A stretch of 64,000 nt of DNA from Bigelowiella natans CCMP2755 (Eukaryota > Protista > Cercozoa), in contig ADNK01003130.1 of NCBI GenBank assembly GCA_000320545.1, positions 1 through 64,000 on the forward strand. The letters run 5' to 3'. Under the pieces are notes generated by a model. It searched no databases and was not told the DNA's origin. It saw only the letters and a list, made by a program, of their open reading frames with translations. Below, piece by piece: positions 13,816 through 28,082 of this stretch. Made by a program: the position numbers and the translations under genes. Numbering within the stretch: position 1 is the first letter of the stretch; every line of letters begins with the position of its first letter.

Positions 13816-14238
13816 CGCCCCACCTTCTCGACGATGTCGGGAAGGCTCTTTGGTAGCCAGTCCTCAGGAAGCTTTCTCAGGTCAACTTCGTAGTCGGATA
13901 TTGATCGGATATTTGACGACGACGCTGAGGCCGAGCTGAGGGGGAGGGGGGAAAGGGGCAATGAGAGAATCAAATCGGAGATCGAGGGGGCATGCAAGAA
14001 GTGGAGGAGGGAAGGAACTATACATACATCGCTGTATTCAAGACTCATTTGCGACGACGAAATCTGTCGCGAACATTCTTCTCTACTCTCTCTCCTCCTC
14101 CTCCTTCTCACCCTGCTTGTCGTCCCGAGAAGCTGCGCTGAAACCTGCCGCTGCTCGATGACGTGATTGTTCCGAACCTTTTTTTTGACAGATCGAGAGG
14201 GGGAGGGGGGGGGGGTCAAGGCGGGTATATCCATGAAA

Positions 14239-14284
<46 letters not shown>

Positions 14285-14722
14285 CGTTTTCTTTCTACCG
14301 AGAAGAGGATGATGTTCCTTCCGCCTTCTCCGCCTCCCTCTTCCGCTTCTCTTTCAGCATCTACAGTGGCGCGAACACACAGAAACCGGGAGGGGGGAGG
14401 GTGGGCGGAGGCCAAGATTGTGTGCGAGTAGTAGTTGCAAAGTCGTAGATAGTAGATAGTAGTAGCAGTAATAGCAGCAGCAGTAGTAGTTACTGTTGTT
14501 GTGGTAGCACGTATTGCGAGTGTGTTTCATATGCAAAACACAAGCGACAACCTGCGGAAGGGTTGACACCCAGAAGGCAGCCTGGAGCATGTCGCCGCCC
14601 CCTTGGATCAACAGCTCCATCAGGAAGGCCTGGCCTTCCTTCTCGTATCTGATGATGCGGTGGTTGGTCAGAGAGTGAATGAAGAGGATGGCGACGTTAG
14701 TACGATGGTAATAGTCGCAATG

Positions 14723-14753
<31 letters not shown>

Positions 14754-16292
14754 GGAAGAAGACGGGGGGGGGGAGGGGGAGGAGCCTTATCAGCATATGC
14801 TGCTGCTGCAGCTGCTGCTATTGATGCTGCTGTCTGTCTATACAACGAATGGCTGAGCGCACCTTTCTAGCATTTCCGACAGGGTAGGAAGAGGCTTTTT
14901 CTTCTCCTCTCCCTTTGCTTTCGCTTTGTCGAGTATGTCGCTCAGAGACTGCATGTTCCTCACGCCGCCGCGATCGTCCCTATCCTCTTCTTCCTCGATG
15001 AGGTCAAAGATGTCTATCTCGTTCATTTCCTCCGCAAAGGCCTGATTAAGTTGTTGTTGTTGTTCTTGGAATTGATGATAATGGCAGTGAGAAGAACGAT
15101 AAAAAAAAACGTATTGAGGTGCGAACGAGATGTTGCCGTCCCCCCCCCCCCCCCCCCCTTCCCCCTTCAAATTCCATTTTTCCTTCCTTCTCATACGGCA
15201 CAATGCCTTGATCGACTGCTTGCAGCGTGGGGCTTAAAGCTCTTTTTTCCATACATCAGGGGTGGTCGGTGCTAGCACTACAAATCCAGAAAGGGGGTGG
15301 GTGGGTGGGGGGGGGAGGTGAGTTGGAGATTGCATCCAAAAATGCGAGGATATGAGGAATCACTGCTACTACAGACATAGCAATCTGGCTGAATTATGTA
15401 CAACACCGGCTCATTCTTTGGAGGTATGTTTCTCTACTTGCGGTTTTTTACCTTTTGCATAAAATCTGTGTGCAATCTATACGTGCTAGGGACAGAGTCG
15501 TCATCTCCCACAGGGCGGCTTGGCCTGACAAAAGAGGACGATGATGGCAAAAGCAACACAGGCGTTGGTGGAGGACTGCCTTCGAGGCAGATTATGGAGG
15601 GAGCGGCTTTTATTGTCTCGTGTTTGCATTGCATCCCCTTCCACCTTGCGGATTATAAACACCTTAAAATCCCGTTCTTGAGCGCGGCAGGGGGGGGAGA
15701 GGACGTCGAGGAGTTATTGGTCATCTTCACCCCATTGTTGCTTTTCTCACCATCGATAATGTTCTTGGGGTATTGAGTAGGCCTCGAAGATGACGATGAA
15801 GAGGAGGAGGAGGAGGATGAAGATGGGTCGATGGCAAGGGACTACAAGCACCACAATATCAAAGTCAGAGCAATCGGCAGCAAGCTTATGTTCGCCTTCT
15901 TCTTTAATAAAACCTATTTTCTTCCTCGAGAGTTATTGACCTTAATCTCATTTAATAGTTTCATCATAATACCTTCAGCTGCTGACGGAGAATCTCCACA
16001 GCCGACTTCTTAGTCCGAACCATTCTGGTAGATGGAACGTTTATTTAACAGTGGGGGGGGCGCAATACTATCGAGGAGAGGCGATTGCGTAACAGACATC
16101 CAACACCGACAACGGCCATTTATCTCTTGCGCCGCGAAAGTACGTACCTTCCGCTCTTATCCACTTTCGTATTGTAGAACAAAGAATCGGATTTCTTCAT
16201 GCGCCCGGAGCCCTAATATTATTGACACATCCATCACACCAACCTGCTGATGATACAGAGAACAACGGTACGAACACTACTCGAAAAGAGGA

Positions 16293-16350
<58 letters not shown>

Positions 16351-16996
16351 TATGCAGAGATTAGATGTGCTTGTGTTCTTATGTTCCAGTCGTTCAAATC
16401 ATCACAACTACCGTGTTCTTTGCGCGATGACGTCGTAAGGCGTCCGCAATTGCCGCGTTCCTCCGTTCTTCGCGCTTTCCTATAGGCACACAGAGCAGCA
16501 CCGTCATTGATGGTGAGGGGAAGTTATACGGAGAAGCAAACGGGGAGAATGAGCTCGAGGATGAGAGGGGTATGTGTGAGAAGACGACATATATATATTC
16601 AATCCATGGGAATAATCATATACACCCATGCACGTACGTTGGTTCGACACTGTATTTCCGTCATTTAGAGAAGATGACGCCACCGGCGTCCCGTGCGCCC
16701 CGATCTTGAAGATCATGTCTATTGGTTTCAATAGCAAGGATCAGAGTACATTCGATGGAGGGGAAGAGGGATGTTCGAATTCTGGGCGAGGATCGAGGCC
16801 AAGTTAAGCATGCACGGAATCGGTAGGTTTAGGCTTTAGGTCATTATCCTTACGATCTCCGGTGGTGCTTTCGTCCGTCATCTGACAACAGGACGCACTC
16901 CGAGCTGAAGAGGAAGTGTAAGTTCAAGCGATGCAAAGGGCTGGCGCGTGGGGGAGGGGTTCGCGATGACGAGCGAACGACGGGTTCTGTGGTCAT
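12249..16996 (-). CDS. Hypothetical multi-exon protein, Ser-rich and low-complexity
   Basis: Chain of GT-AG-bounded open exons (MTTEPVV..., NVRTKKSAVEILRQQLK, AFAEEMNEIDIFDLIEEE, YEKEGQAFLMELLIQ, LLKELHYPEKEVDSIPLL); no family recognised. Confidence 0.55.
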
Positions 16997-17353
16997 GCGA
17001 CAGGAACGGGTATTTTCAATACGGCAAAGATTTAGAAAAAAATATTCAGATATATTTGCGATAAAAATTATGATTTGATACGCCCTCGAACGGCTCTCTT
17101 CTGCAACCCCGCCAATCCCTGCTATCAGTACCGGTTGGGCAATAACACTTCCTAGAAACATCGAGTGCCTCAGACTATCCACGTACCATTTCGCTTCTGA
17201 CCGACAAAGGCTTGTCGTAGAAAGCAAAACTACTTGTTTTTTAAGTTTCCATTTTACGCACGATGTATGTGGGTTTTAAGACTGCGACATGCTAGAAAAA
17301 GAGAAATACTATGAATACTCTGTACCAATTTCGACTTCGGCTTGGTTCGTCGG

Positions 17354-18535
17354 ATGAACGACCCCTCCCTTCCCCCCCTTCCACGTCGGTGTTCATGGGT
17401 TTCACCAGCGTCCTCTGCTTCATCTAGAAGCAAGCAGCGTGTGTGTAAGATGGTTGTATGTGAGAACGAGAGAGGCCTCTGCCTGTGCACCCACCACCTG
17501 CCAGCTGGCGTCCGAGCAAGGAGGGGGAACGCAGGGCCGATGATGATGCGCGTTCAGTGTTTGAAATGTCGTGGGACAGTATGGGAGAGCGATCTCGGTA
17601 GCCACAGATCCCGATGTAGCAGCTCCAGCAGGAAGAGGAGGAGAGGGACAGGGAAGGACGATCAGGCAGAGAACAAAGTAAGGTTTCGTGCGTTGTCGCA
17701 CGTCAACAATCAACGCTTATTTTCTCACTGTTGTTGTTTGTATTTGCTGTTGCTGCTGCTGTTACTGCTACTGTGTTCCCTAGCGAGACGGCAGCCGAAA
17801 AAATGGATCCTTATCTTCTTCCGTATCTTCCAAGTCCTCCTCCTCCTCCTCCTCATCGTCATCTGCTGCGGCCTGGTTTCGAAACGGTGGGACTCGACGG
17901 CCGGGTAGTGTAGCACAGGCGGTGCGCAATGCTGATCCAAGTTTATTTAAGGCTCTCATGCGTAAAGTGACCTTATTTTTCTCTTATACCGGAGGCGCTC
18001 ATCTACGAGCAACGAAGACAACAAGAAGAGGAGGACGAGAAGAAGTAGATGTCAGCACTACACCAACCCCAGCCTCTAAACCATCATCGTCATCATCAGC
18101 AGCAACGTCATCTTCAGCGCCCCCCCCCTTCTCGCCCTTCTTAAAGGTGGAAGACGCGCAACATCGATCCTTTGCGACGTTGTTCCCACAGCTTGCAGAG
18201 GTGGCAAGGGCCAGAGAAGCAACGACAGTGAGCAGCACTAACAGTAACGGCGAGGACAATGTCAGCGACCACAAGGACCTGATCAGCTCCTCCTCGCAAA
18301 AGAAATGGAACAAGACAGGAAAGGGGCGTCACAGGGTACAGGAGTCTGCCATCCTCAACATCATGGTCAAGCATATGAAGAAAGAAAGAGAATGAGATAA
18401 TGATGATAACTATTTTTTTAATTGGTAGATAGTAGTGGTAGTGGCATATATGATTGTTTCGCTTGTCGAGATAGCAAACCCTTCGAGCCAATGCATCTAT
18501 TTTTAATATCTTGCTCTAAGAAATAAATTGCATGA

Positions 18536-18573
<38 letters not shown>

Positions 18574-18777
18574 AAATTGTCAGGAGCGCCACGGGGCCAT
18601 CCCGAATTTCCTCCTCCCCCCCAAACCTCTACGCTCAGAAACACCAGAAGGAGAGGCGGGCAGCAACCCTGCTGGAACTGAAGGTCATCGCTATATCTCC
18701 TTCGTCCCAAGCAACAAATATTCTGACAAAGAGCACCACCATGCTTCGTTCGTTGAACTCGGTAATCAGCCATCACT

Positions 18778-18809
<32 letters not shown>

Positions 18810-19248
18810 TATCATCATTTCTATCAACATTATCACTAGGATCAGGGAAAGGAGACCTCTCTCTTCACCTCCATCGAATGCTTCAATTTAACGTTGCCTC
18901 CCACCTCCCTACAGCGGGGGGGAAGGAGGAGCGAAAACCGAGGACTAGCGTGGGACGCGGCAGTGGTTCCGGGGTAGATGAGCAGGAGAATAAAGCGAGT
19001 ATAAGAGGCGCAGGTTGCGAAATTTCTGGGATGCAAACGAGCACGAGAAGTGGAGGAGGGGCGAAGAAACGGAGGAAACATGTTGGGAAAGGAATGGTCT
19101 CCGTTGCCTATACTCTTATCGATCGAATGCGATTTAAATCGGTAGTGATAAAGGCAATGATGATGAGGATGATGATGATGATAATGATGATGATGTGATG
19201 ATGACATTTGTTGCGATAAAGATAAGGATACTCATCATAATCCTCCAA

Positions 19249-19294
<46 letters not shown>

Positions 19295-19479
19295 CCCCCC
19301 CCCCCACGCATACACTCATATTATTATAAATCACATACACCCTCGCCGTGCAGAGGGATCGGCGGCTTGACCACTTGATTCGTCACGAGAATAAGTGCTA
19401 CAAGAACAACGACAGCATCGACGGTAGTGAGCATGCCAACTCCCAGGGGCGGCAGCGAGAATCCTCCTCCCTCTCCTTC

Positions 19480-19510
<31 letters not shown>

Positions 19511-20496
19511 TCTTAACCCCAACTCCTACTTCAGCAACGATAACGACGACAAAAACCACACCATTGCTGAGGGCCTCTTGCTGCAGAATCACTAAGGACA
19601 TTCGACAACTTAACCTCTCGGAAGATATCCCATCTCTACGTGGTGCCGACGCGGCGATATTCCTTAGCAAGCACCTCTGCGGCCCTGCCCTGGACATGTG
19701 CCTCGTCCACATCGTAGGGATGAGCGGGGGGCGGGAAGAAGGCCAGGGCGACGACAACGGAAAGAAAATTTTTGGCGATGGTAATGATGAAAATAACTCC
19801 TCCTTTGCTGCTGATCCTTCATATCTAAGAGCAGAAGCAGCATCAGTGTGTTGTTCGGAAATAAGAAAGACTGGCCGTACGACATCAATTAGCATTGCCA
19901 CATGCTGCCATCACCTACTCGACTCCAGCAACGTAGCAAATCCTGCATTCTTTCGCCAAGATGCTTTGGCACTGAGCGAAGAGGAGATTGCTCTGCTGGC
20001 TCATGCGTCCTCATGGGCAAGTATGTGTGTCGTGCAGCATTTCACTCCCCACGCCTTTTTTTTGGGGGGTCATGCACGTAAGCAAAACAACATGCTATGG
20101 ATGGGTTCGAATCTGTGTCATCTTTCTCTTACGTTTGAAAATTTTTCTTCCTAAATCAATCATCAATTACAGCTGAAGTTACCTCCTTAGCGCATGATTT
20201 TGCTCAGATCACTCTTGTTGTTGCCATTTTTCTCTCACAAAACGTGTGTGACAGGCATTGCTCCTGGGAAATGCAACACTGGTGACAGTGGAAAATTTGG
20301 GATTTCAGTTCAGGAGAAAAGAGATTTTGGAAGGCGATGCAAGCTCTTGTTCGACATCTCAAGAGCTGATTTTCTTCGTCAGCACGGATTTGAAGTGCAG
20401 CTGCTGCGCTACACGAAGGAGACAACGGACAACACACTGCTGTTGGCCACATGCCATCCTTCTTCTGCCATGAAAATTGACCGCAAATCAGAGTGA
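17354..20496 (+). CDS. TRM13: tRNA:m(4)X modification enzyme TRM13 homolog (2'-O-methyltransferase)
   Basis: N-terminal CCCH and CHHC-like zinc fingers; HRVQESAIL; FVELG|SGKGDLS SAM motif; SKHLCGPALD; IATCCHH; GRRCKLLFDISRADFL...LLRY. Confidence 0.9.
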
Positions 20497-20519
20497 TCTT
20501 CTGCCACTGGTGCTCTATT

Positions 20520-21500
20520 TGCCTCAGTCATGGTTCGGCACACTGCGCCTGCATGGTGATGGTGGATGTCTGATGCACAAGCACACTAGGCATGACGTTC
20601 AATTTGCATCACACACATGGTGCCTATACATTGGATTGTGCAGCAGCACAACGCACAAACGAACAGTCGCAGCACAACTAGACAACACCCGCTAGCCCGC
20701 CGCCGGACACGCAGCTCTAGAGCTGGTGTTGATCGATGCCAGCGACGTCTAGACGTGTTGCACATTGTCACACCTGCACGCACTGGCATCGTGATCAGCG
20801 ACTGCCCCCAAGCGCTCGACATGACCAACACGCATCATTGGCAATTTGGCAATTCCAGAATGGAGCAACGTTTGGACACGGACACACAACGTGATGAGCT
20901 TGCATTCTGCAACACATGGACACAATGTTGGTCCAGCCTGTTGCATGGTGATGGGCCCAGTTTTGCCTAGTGCTGCTCACAAGTGCGTGCTGGCATGAAA
21001 CCAGGAGCAGCATGCAAGTTCACAGTTGTGCACTGCACTGCGTGCATGGAGCACACTTTTGTGGAACTCTGGCCACGTGCAAGCTGGCAAGTGACTCAGC
21101 GCTTGCCCAGTGCGCATCGAACAGAGTGGCGGTGCATCGCAGTCCCCCACATCGCACATCGCACACATCGCACGGACGTCCGATCGTGTGCATCCGCCCT
21201 AGTTAGCCTAGCTCAGTGCGACGAAACCAAAACAGTCACTGCTCCAGCGGAGAAGGGCACTCGAGAAGTTCAAGGTGAAGGATTGCTGTGGTGATTTGAG
21301 TGCCACTGGCACCCTCTAATCAGGTCACCGAGGACACTGCTGCCATGATCGCTGATCACTGCTGGCGGACAGTGTGAGGACCAGCAGAAACACGTGCGAG
21401 ACGGGTTCCATGGGCAGCAGACTTCAGTGAGTGGATCAGGCACAAGCTTCGTTTCTTGTGAAGATGAAGGAATCCGTTGAATTGGGTCCTTTTTCTTGAA
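20520..21500. other. TpA-depleted degenerate intergenic zone
   Basis: From 20630 to 21527 I count 9 TA dinucleotides: 7 in CTAG, 1 in TTAG, 1 in CTAA. Confidence 0.85.
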
Positions 21501-21502
21501 AA

Positions 21503-22193
21503 ATGTTTGAAGATGACCCTTTTCTGGGTAAAAAGCCCATCATCAAAAATGCCTCAAATCTCGATGATCTGGCAGTTGGTAAAAAAAAAAAGGTCCACTA
21601 AAGAAAGGATGTTCGAACGAGTTGTCCACAAGCTTTGCGCCCACTATGGACAACAGCTCCATCATCGATATTGTAATTGGCTTGTTTTCATCCAAGTATT
21701 TGCATGCTGAGCTGAGCACCTGTGCAGATATTCAATGCTGCGGACAAGAACCACGATGGCTCACTTGACGAGAGGGTAAAATTGAGACTGATCCTAAGGG
21801 CGCGCCTAACTCAGATCGCAGCCACAAAAATCGTGACTTTCTTTTGGGTTTTGCCCACACATGTTTCGCAGAATCAAATATGAGAATCTGATTTTCCTTG
21901 CTGATATTGCATATGTCAGGAGCTAAAGATATTTCTTCGCCAAGAAGTACATTTCACTGAGGAGGAGGTCAAGCAAGTTTTCGCAGCTTTCGACGACAAC
22001 AAGGATGGAAAGGTTGCAGGACCCATAACGCACTCACGCACCACGCTAGAAACATATTATACACACATTGTGCACACACCTTGTTTCAATAGATCAACAA
22101 AGAGGAATTCACGATGCTGCTTCAACAGCGGGAGACCTTCAAAATGGAAGGGGTAGATATTTTTGGTTTCATATTGCTATACATTAGCCATGA
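21503..22193 (+). CDS. Small two-EF-hand calcium-binding protein (ends uncertain)
   Basis: Spliced exons give IFNAADKNHDGSLDER|ELKIFL...VFAAFDDNKDGK|INKEEF, two canonical EF loops. Confidence 0.7.
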
Positions 22194-22666
22194 ATGTGGA
22201 ACTGGTAAAGCGACACCGTGTTCCTCATATGCCCGCATATGTCTCCGCTCTTACGTGTGTCTTTTTTCTTGTTTTTCTTCTCCTTCTTGTCGTACCCTCG
22301 TGCATTTGTACATGAATGAGTAGGCTTTGAATCCAGCTAATGAGGTAGACGGTGATCATTACACTTCCCTACGAAAGGGCAAAGAGACATGGGATATCGT
22401 TTTGTTCATTCATACATTATGATGAGCGTCCAAAACTCAGTTGTAGACCCATGATAAGCACCGCGATCGATTCCGATGATAATATCTTTCTTGTCCGCTT
22501 CTTGCCATGGTGCCTCCTTTCTTCAGATCGAGCAAAATCCTGGTTGCCTCCTATGTCTGACAGCGTTCGGGTACTTGTGCTGCTTGTGCACAGTTGGACT
22601 GGTAGTATTTGCGAATGACACGTTATAGTATTGGTGCCATCGCGGTATGCTCTAATTCCGATTGGA

Positions 22667-22714
<48 letters not shown>

Positions 22715-23884
22715 GAGAGGAAAATCTTATGAAGGTACTCGTGTTTCCTTTCAAAATTTCTTCTCGGAATCTATATTGAATATGCAGAAGCATACACAAT
22801 AGCATGAACATATGTGTGTGTGGGTGCGTTCATGCCCACATGTAGTGCATAACCTACCTAATGCAAACACGCAAATGGGGGCTTCGTAAATATTTGTAAA
22901 TTACATGTTATTGTCCGTATGTATGTGTGTCTTGTCAAGATTAACTTATTATTCGCTCTTTCTCCTATCTTGTATTGTCTCTTCTGCCTCCCCCCGCTTG
23001 CTTGCTTAGTCTTGTTGTCCTCTATATTGCTATTTGTATAATATTGGGAGGAAGACGCTTAAGAGCGCGAAGGAAAAGGTTAGTCATTCCGATGCCGACA
23101 TACAGAATCGCCATGTAGTTCTGCTTTCCAACACGTACTATATGATGAAATTTCAACCACTGCGAGGCATTATTTCTCAGTTGCCCCCCCCCCCCCCCTC
23201 CTCCCCCTCTCTCTATCTCTCTCGTGGATGCAGTTGCTCACGTACGCAAGGGAAAAGGCCGCCTCCGGACAGCCGAATAATCTTCCCAACCAAGATGAAA
23301 TGCAAGCCTTTACCATTAAATAAGCGGCCACAACAATCTAGCATTTCCAGTTTCGGGACGAATTTCGCCTCTTGTAGCATTCAGATAACATCATGTGCCC
23401 ACATTGTTGCCATGAACGATGGGGCTTTGATGCATTCTGCATCCCTGTTACTTCACAATTGATTGCTGTGCCTAGAGTAGCTTTGATCGGCGTGGCAAAA
23501 TAAGAGCAATGCGTTGCAATAGCATGGGTGGTGTACGTGGCGCTCCATCACTTGTTGCTAGCGCGCATTTTTGTAACAGGCACTGTGCTGGCCTTCTCAT
23601 CCATAAGCGGTTGCCTGTTCTTCACTTATACCAAGCATTGTGAATATTGCAGTGCTTTACATGCAATGATCGCTTGCATTCCCTTTCTGCGCGCGGCGCA
23701 TGCTTCATGTACAGTGCGTCCATGAGTAATGTGTGCTCGCTATGTGTGATAGAGATGCTGATGACACCCTTTCTGTGCCCACACTGTGATATGCACACAG
23801 TAATGCCAATCTAGCAATATGAATGTGAGTAATTCTGACGCCAAGTTCTGAGAGTGATAACTATAACGTCAGGTCGCGGCAATG

Positions 23885-24979
23885 CTAGTTCCTCTCTGCT
23901 TCTGCCCGCTGTCGCCAAACAATAGGAAAATCGTCGCAATCCATCTTGTCTCCGTGCTGCAACCCCGGATCTCTGGTTGGAATGGCCAGCTCGCCTTGCC
24001 TTATGCAGTAACGAGCATCGTCTCCCGTCCAACGAATCGCAAGGGCTCTCCGCCTTTGTGAGCTCTGGTTGCCAGGGGCAGAATGCAGGATCATGGCATG
24101 AAACACTAAACAGTCACCAGGTCTTGTTTCGAAGGCGACAATGTCATGCGAACAGCGTTGGCTCTCTATATCAGGAAGGGGAGGAAGCCCGGTGCTTCGG
24201 TACTGCTTCCCAGTGGCAAAGTGATACGGGCTGAACGCAGCCCACCGATGAGAACCTCGTACAAACTCTACCGATACATGACTCTCTACGTGGTCGAATG
24301 GAATCCAAGTCGTGCACACTTGCTGGCCGGACACGGCCCAATAGGGCTGATCCTTTATTCAACAGTGCATACCGGAGAAGGGGGAGGGGGCAGTGGAATG
24401 ATGATGCGCGATTGATTATGTTGATGATACCAATTGAGTGTTACCTGATGCCATGGGGTTTTCGCATAAGTTCCTGGTTCTTTCACAAGAAGATGATCGT
24501 AGAAAAAGTTTATCTTGTTCGATCCATCAAAGCACCAGCAATGGCGGCGGTGGGTGATTCGTGGGCAAAACGCCTAAATTTCTTCGCCAGGCAAGATACA
24601 CTTTATCAATTAACATCGAAATTTTAATATGAAATTATTTTGAATGCCCATACCCTATGGCGTCGAGCAATGTCAATATCCCCAAAGAATCGTCCTTTGG
24701 TAGTGCTGCATGTTTTATCGTCATTGAGCTCATACTCTTCGGCGTGCGGCCCAGGAAATTGCATGGCTACCTCGACAGCCTGATGGACAATTGTAATTGT
24801 GGGTGTATAAATCCATTTAGCTGAAAAATAATCGTTGTTTACACCACCTTTCTCATATATTCGATCCAACTTTGATCCAAAACCCCCCGAAGGCAAACCA
24901 CGCCGTCCTTGTGGAACGTCCGGATTTCCCCCTCGCTGATTCGCCGAGTAGCACCTCCACTGCTTGATATATTATCCAT
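23885..24979 (-). CDS. Phytanoyl-CoA dioxygenase (PhyH)-family Fe(II)/2OG oxygenase with an apparent 1-nt frameshift
   Basis: FHKDGVVCLRG; FFYDHLLVKEPG..TPWHQ|DQPYW (HxD motif); WIPFD; FVRGSH; PGDCLVFHAMILHSAPGN; RRALAIRW. The frame breaks at ~24524. Confidence 0.85.
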
Positions 24980-25478
24980 GCCTGGGAGAGATGAGAAGCA
25001 AAGGAATCTCACCGTTGAAGATGGAAAGTTACAATAAAATCTCTATCCTGCCAAATCAGCTAGTGACTGACACGAATCTGGCGACCTGACGGTAAAGGCG
25101 TTGATTCACATGATGGCGTGTGGAAGCACTGCCGCAATCGTGTTATCCTAATCGTACGAGAGATGCAGGCCTTGCCACGGCATTGCATCCTAACTCCTTC
25201 CCCTTCCCCTTCCCCAGCACTGGCAAGTTTCCGAGCGGAAGGGGAGGCACGAGGACAGCGTAAGTTTTACCAAGCGACAACGAAAAAACGTTGTCGCTTA
25301 TTATAAACATCATATGGATCCGATCAGATTCAGTTTTCGGGATGACCAACGGCAATTCAGAAATGAAATGCGTTCATTATGCTGTCGCACAATTAAAAAC
25401 GGATGGTTTTTTGGGCCAAAACGGACGGACATTGCCACTGTAGAGCATAAAATCTTAAAATCATCAAGGGGCACCAGC

Positions 25479-27325
25479 ATGCCCCCACCGCCGCCGCTCT
25501 CCCGGCAGCTCGCTTGCCCCCCTGGGAAAGTCCTCTTGTCCCTCCTTTTCTGCGCGGCAGGATATGTGGCAACATTAGGTAATGGCGTGGGTTAAGGTTG
25601 CAGAAAAGTAGGGAATGGGTGACGCAGCGACCAGGGCGCGTAAGCTTGCACATCCAACGGATGTTCGCGTTGCTATTTTATGGCCGTACCGCTGCTATTA
25701 TGGGATTGAAATCGTGGTGTAAAGGAAATCGAAAACATGCACACTTTTCCGTATTCATTTTCCCAATGATCTTGCTGAATAAACGCAATAACAGCAGCAT
25801 GTTTAATCACAGGGGTGGGGAGAGGGCCAGTACCGAAAAGCAGACTATGGAGTGGCAGCAGCCACCGTACTGTTAGAATGAGGTTCGTAAGAAAAGATAA
25901 TATATGAAATCAATGGCACCTCTCGTCACACAATCAGTAACATTACAGGACCTTCGGCGGCATTACACTAATCACGCTTATTCCCCCCTCCAGATCGAAA
26001 CCAGCGGCAAGACCTTGGATCTCAACAATACTGGCTCGGCGACCTTCGCATGTTAAAACCTGGGCTGCGAAACGGAAAAAGAAGAAAGATGAAGGTCGGA
26101 GCCTAGTTCGATAGCAGCAGAGATTAGTCCATTCAGAAAAGTAGCATGGAAGGGAAGGATAGCGTCTAGGTGTCAAAGCAAACGTGTATTGAGAGACCAA
26201 TATTCCTCCCCCCCCCCTTTCAGATGACGCGATCGCTCAGATACCTGCAGAGCCTATCTTCGATGACCCCGACCAAATAGTCAGTGGACATATAACAGAG
26301 AGAGAAGGGCAAGGGGTAGGCTGCGGGGAGCGGGGAGGACGAAACCGAAGTAGGCAATTCATCGATAGGATATTGTTTATCTGAATGCCTGGTCTACCAA
26401 AACAGGATGTTGCGCCCAGCATTGACCCCTTCGAAGAGATTTTCCCGGGTTTTGACTTGAAGGAGATGGGGTTCGTCGAAAATCTAACAGATAGAACGAT
26501 ATGGAAGGGGGGGGCGTGAGAATGTCATGGGTGTGAATTCGTCCAAGGGAGAAGTAAACATTACGGTTATCCTATCGCTGGACGCGCAGAAACACACTCT
26601 CTCTCTTAAAAAAAAATGATGATTCTATAGAAAGGAATACTATGAACATACTTCTTCCTCCTCCTCCTGCTGCTGTTGTTGTTGCTGTTGATGATGATGT
26701 TGTGTTTAGGCTTTCGAAGCATCCGGAGGACATGTGGGACCCCGGAATATACAAGATGCCGAACACAAGCAAAAACTACTACGGTTTGGCGACCGCACCA
26801 CGCTCATCTTCCAGCACAAACATACAATAGAAGCACGCATAAGGCCTCAATATCCCCCTTCTCCTCTGACTCTCCCCGCCCCTTTTCCCTCCTCAGAGTA
26901 TTCCACAGTCGCTGAATGTCAGAACTTTGATATGGATTTCGTAAGAGGCCGGGTAGAGTGAAGATTCCTCCCCTCTCCTCCTAAAAGATGCAAATCACCA
27001 TTGCATGCTTCCTTCCCCCCTCCACTTGCTAGAGCGGCCATGTTCCTTTCCCACCATCGTAGATAAAGGATGCTAGTAGGCAGATACATATACTTTTTAG
27101 TTTTCTATACACTCACTTCCACTCTGATTTCAACCTCCTCCTCCTCCTCCTCCTCCTCCTCCTCCTCCCTCACATCTACTTCTATGTGTACAAAAGATAC
27201 GCGGAAACAGTACCCATCCCAAAATGTGGTGGGAGAACACGGTAGTAGTATTGTAATAGTAGGAGGAGGAGGAGGAGGAGGAGGAGGAGGAGGAAGAAAC
27301 AGTGCGCATGCCTATTGGTGAATGC

Positions 27326-27363
<38 letters not shown>

Positions 27364-27445
27364 GGTCCGGAGTCGTTAAGCGAGCGTCCTCGCGCGAGAG
27401 CGCGGGTGCGCGCGCGTGCTCGTTTTTATATATATCTCGAGATAG

Positions 27446-27532
<87 letters not shown>

Positions 27533-28044
27533 GTTCCACCTCCTTTTCCTCCTCCTTAACCCTTCCTCCTCCTCCTGGAAAATAAAGATGATGCCGCGGT
27601 GGAACGAAGACACGCTCTATGATAAGAAACGGTGAGTTTTGTGTGATTTTCTCTCTCTCTATCGCTCGCTCGCCCTCTCTGTGCAGGTGCATGTGCAGGT
27701 GGATGTGCATGTGCGTCTGGGTCATTGGGAAGGAAGAAAGACAAGAAACGGGGGGAGGGGACTTAACAAAAATATGGCGAGAGCATGCTGCTAAGGATCA
27801 ATGCCCTTTCAATCTCTTTCTTATTTTTTGTTTGTTTTTTGTATCAGAGGGTGGCTTTGCCTGGAAGATGAATCGCCAGTGTTGGGGAAGAACATCTCTC
27901 GCCTCATCGGCTTCGAAAGCATCCGGTAGTAGGAGAGGAAGAAGCCATAGCGTGGGTGGGAGAGGGGGGGATTTTGATGGAGGAGGATACGACGATAGAG
28001 ATGGAGACGATGGTAGTACGCTGATGCAACAAGTAGGATGCAAA

Positions 28045-28082
<38 letters not shown>

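Noticed and set aside
20477-21294. Overlapping Cys/His-rich ORFs in TA-depleted zones (also 10.1-11.8, 29.8-30.3 and 51.3-52.0 kb)
   Set aside because: Loss of TAA/TAG codons lengthens ORFs in all frames; these are by-products, not genes.
22225-23420. Possible additional spliced gene on the minus strand
   Set aside because: Exon-like pieces exist, but I could not assemble a consistent frame or recognise a family.
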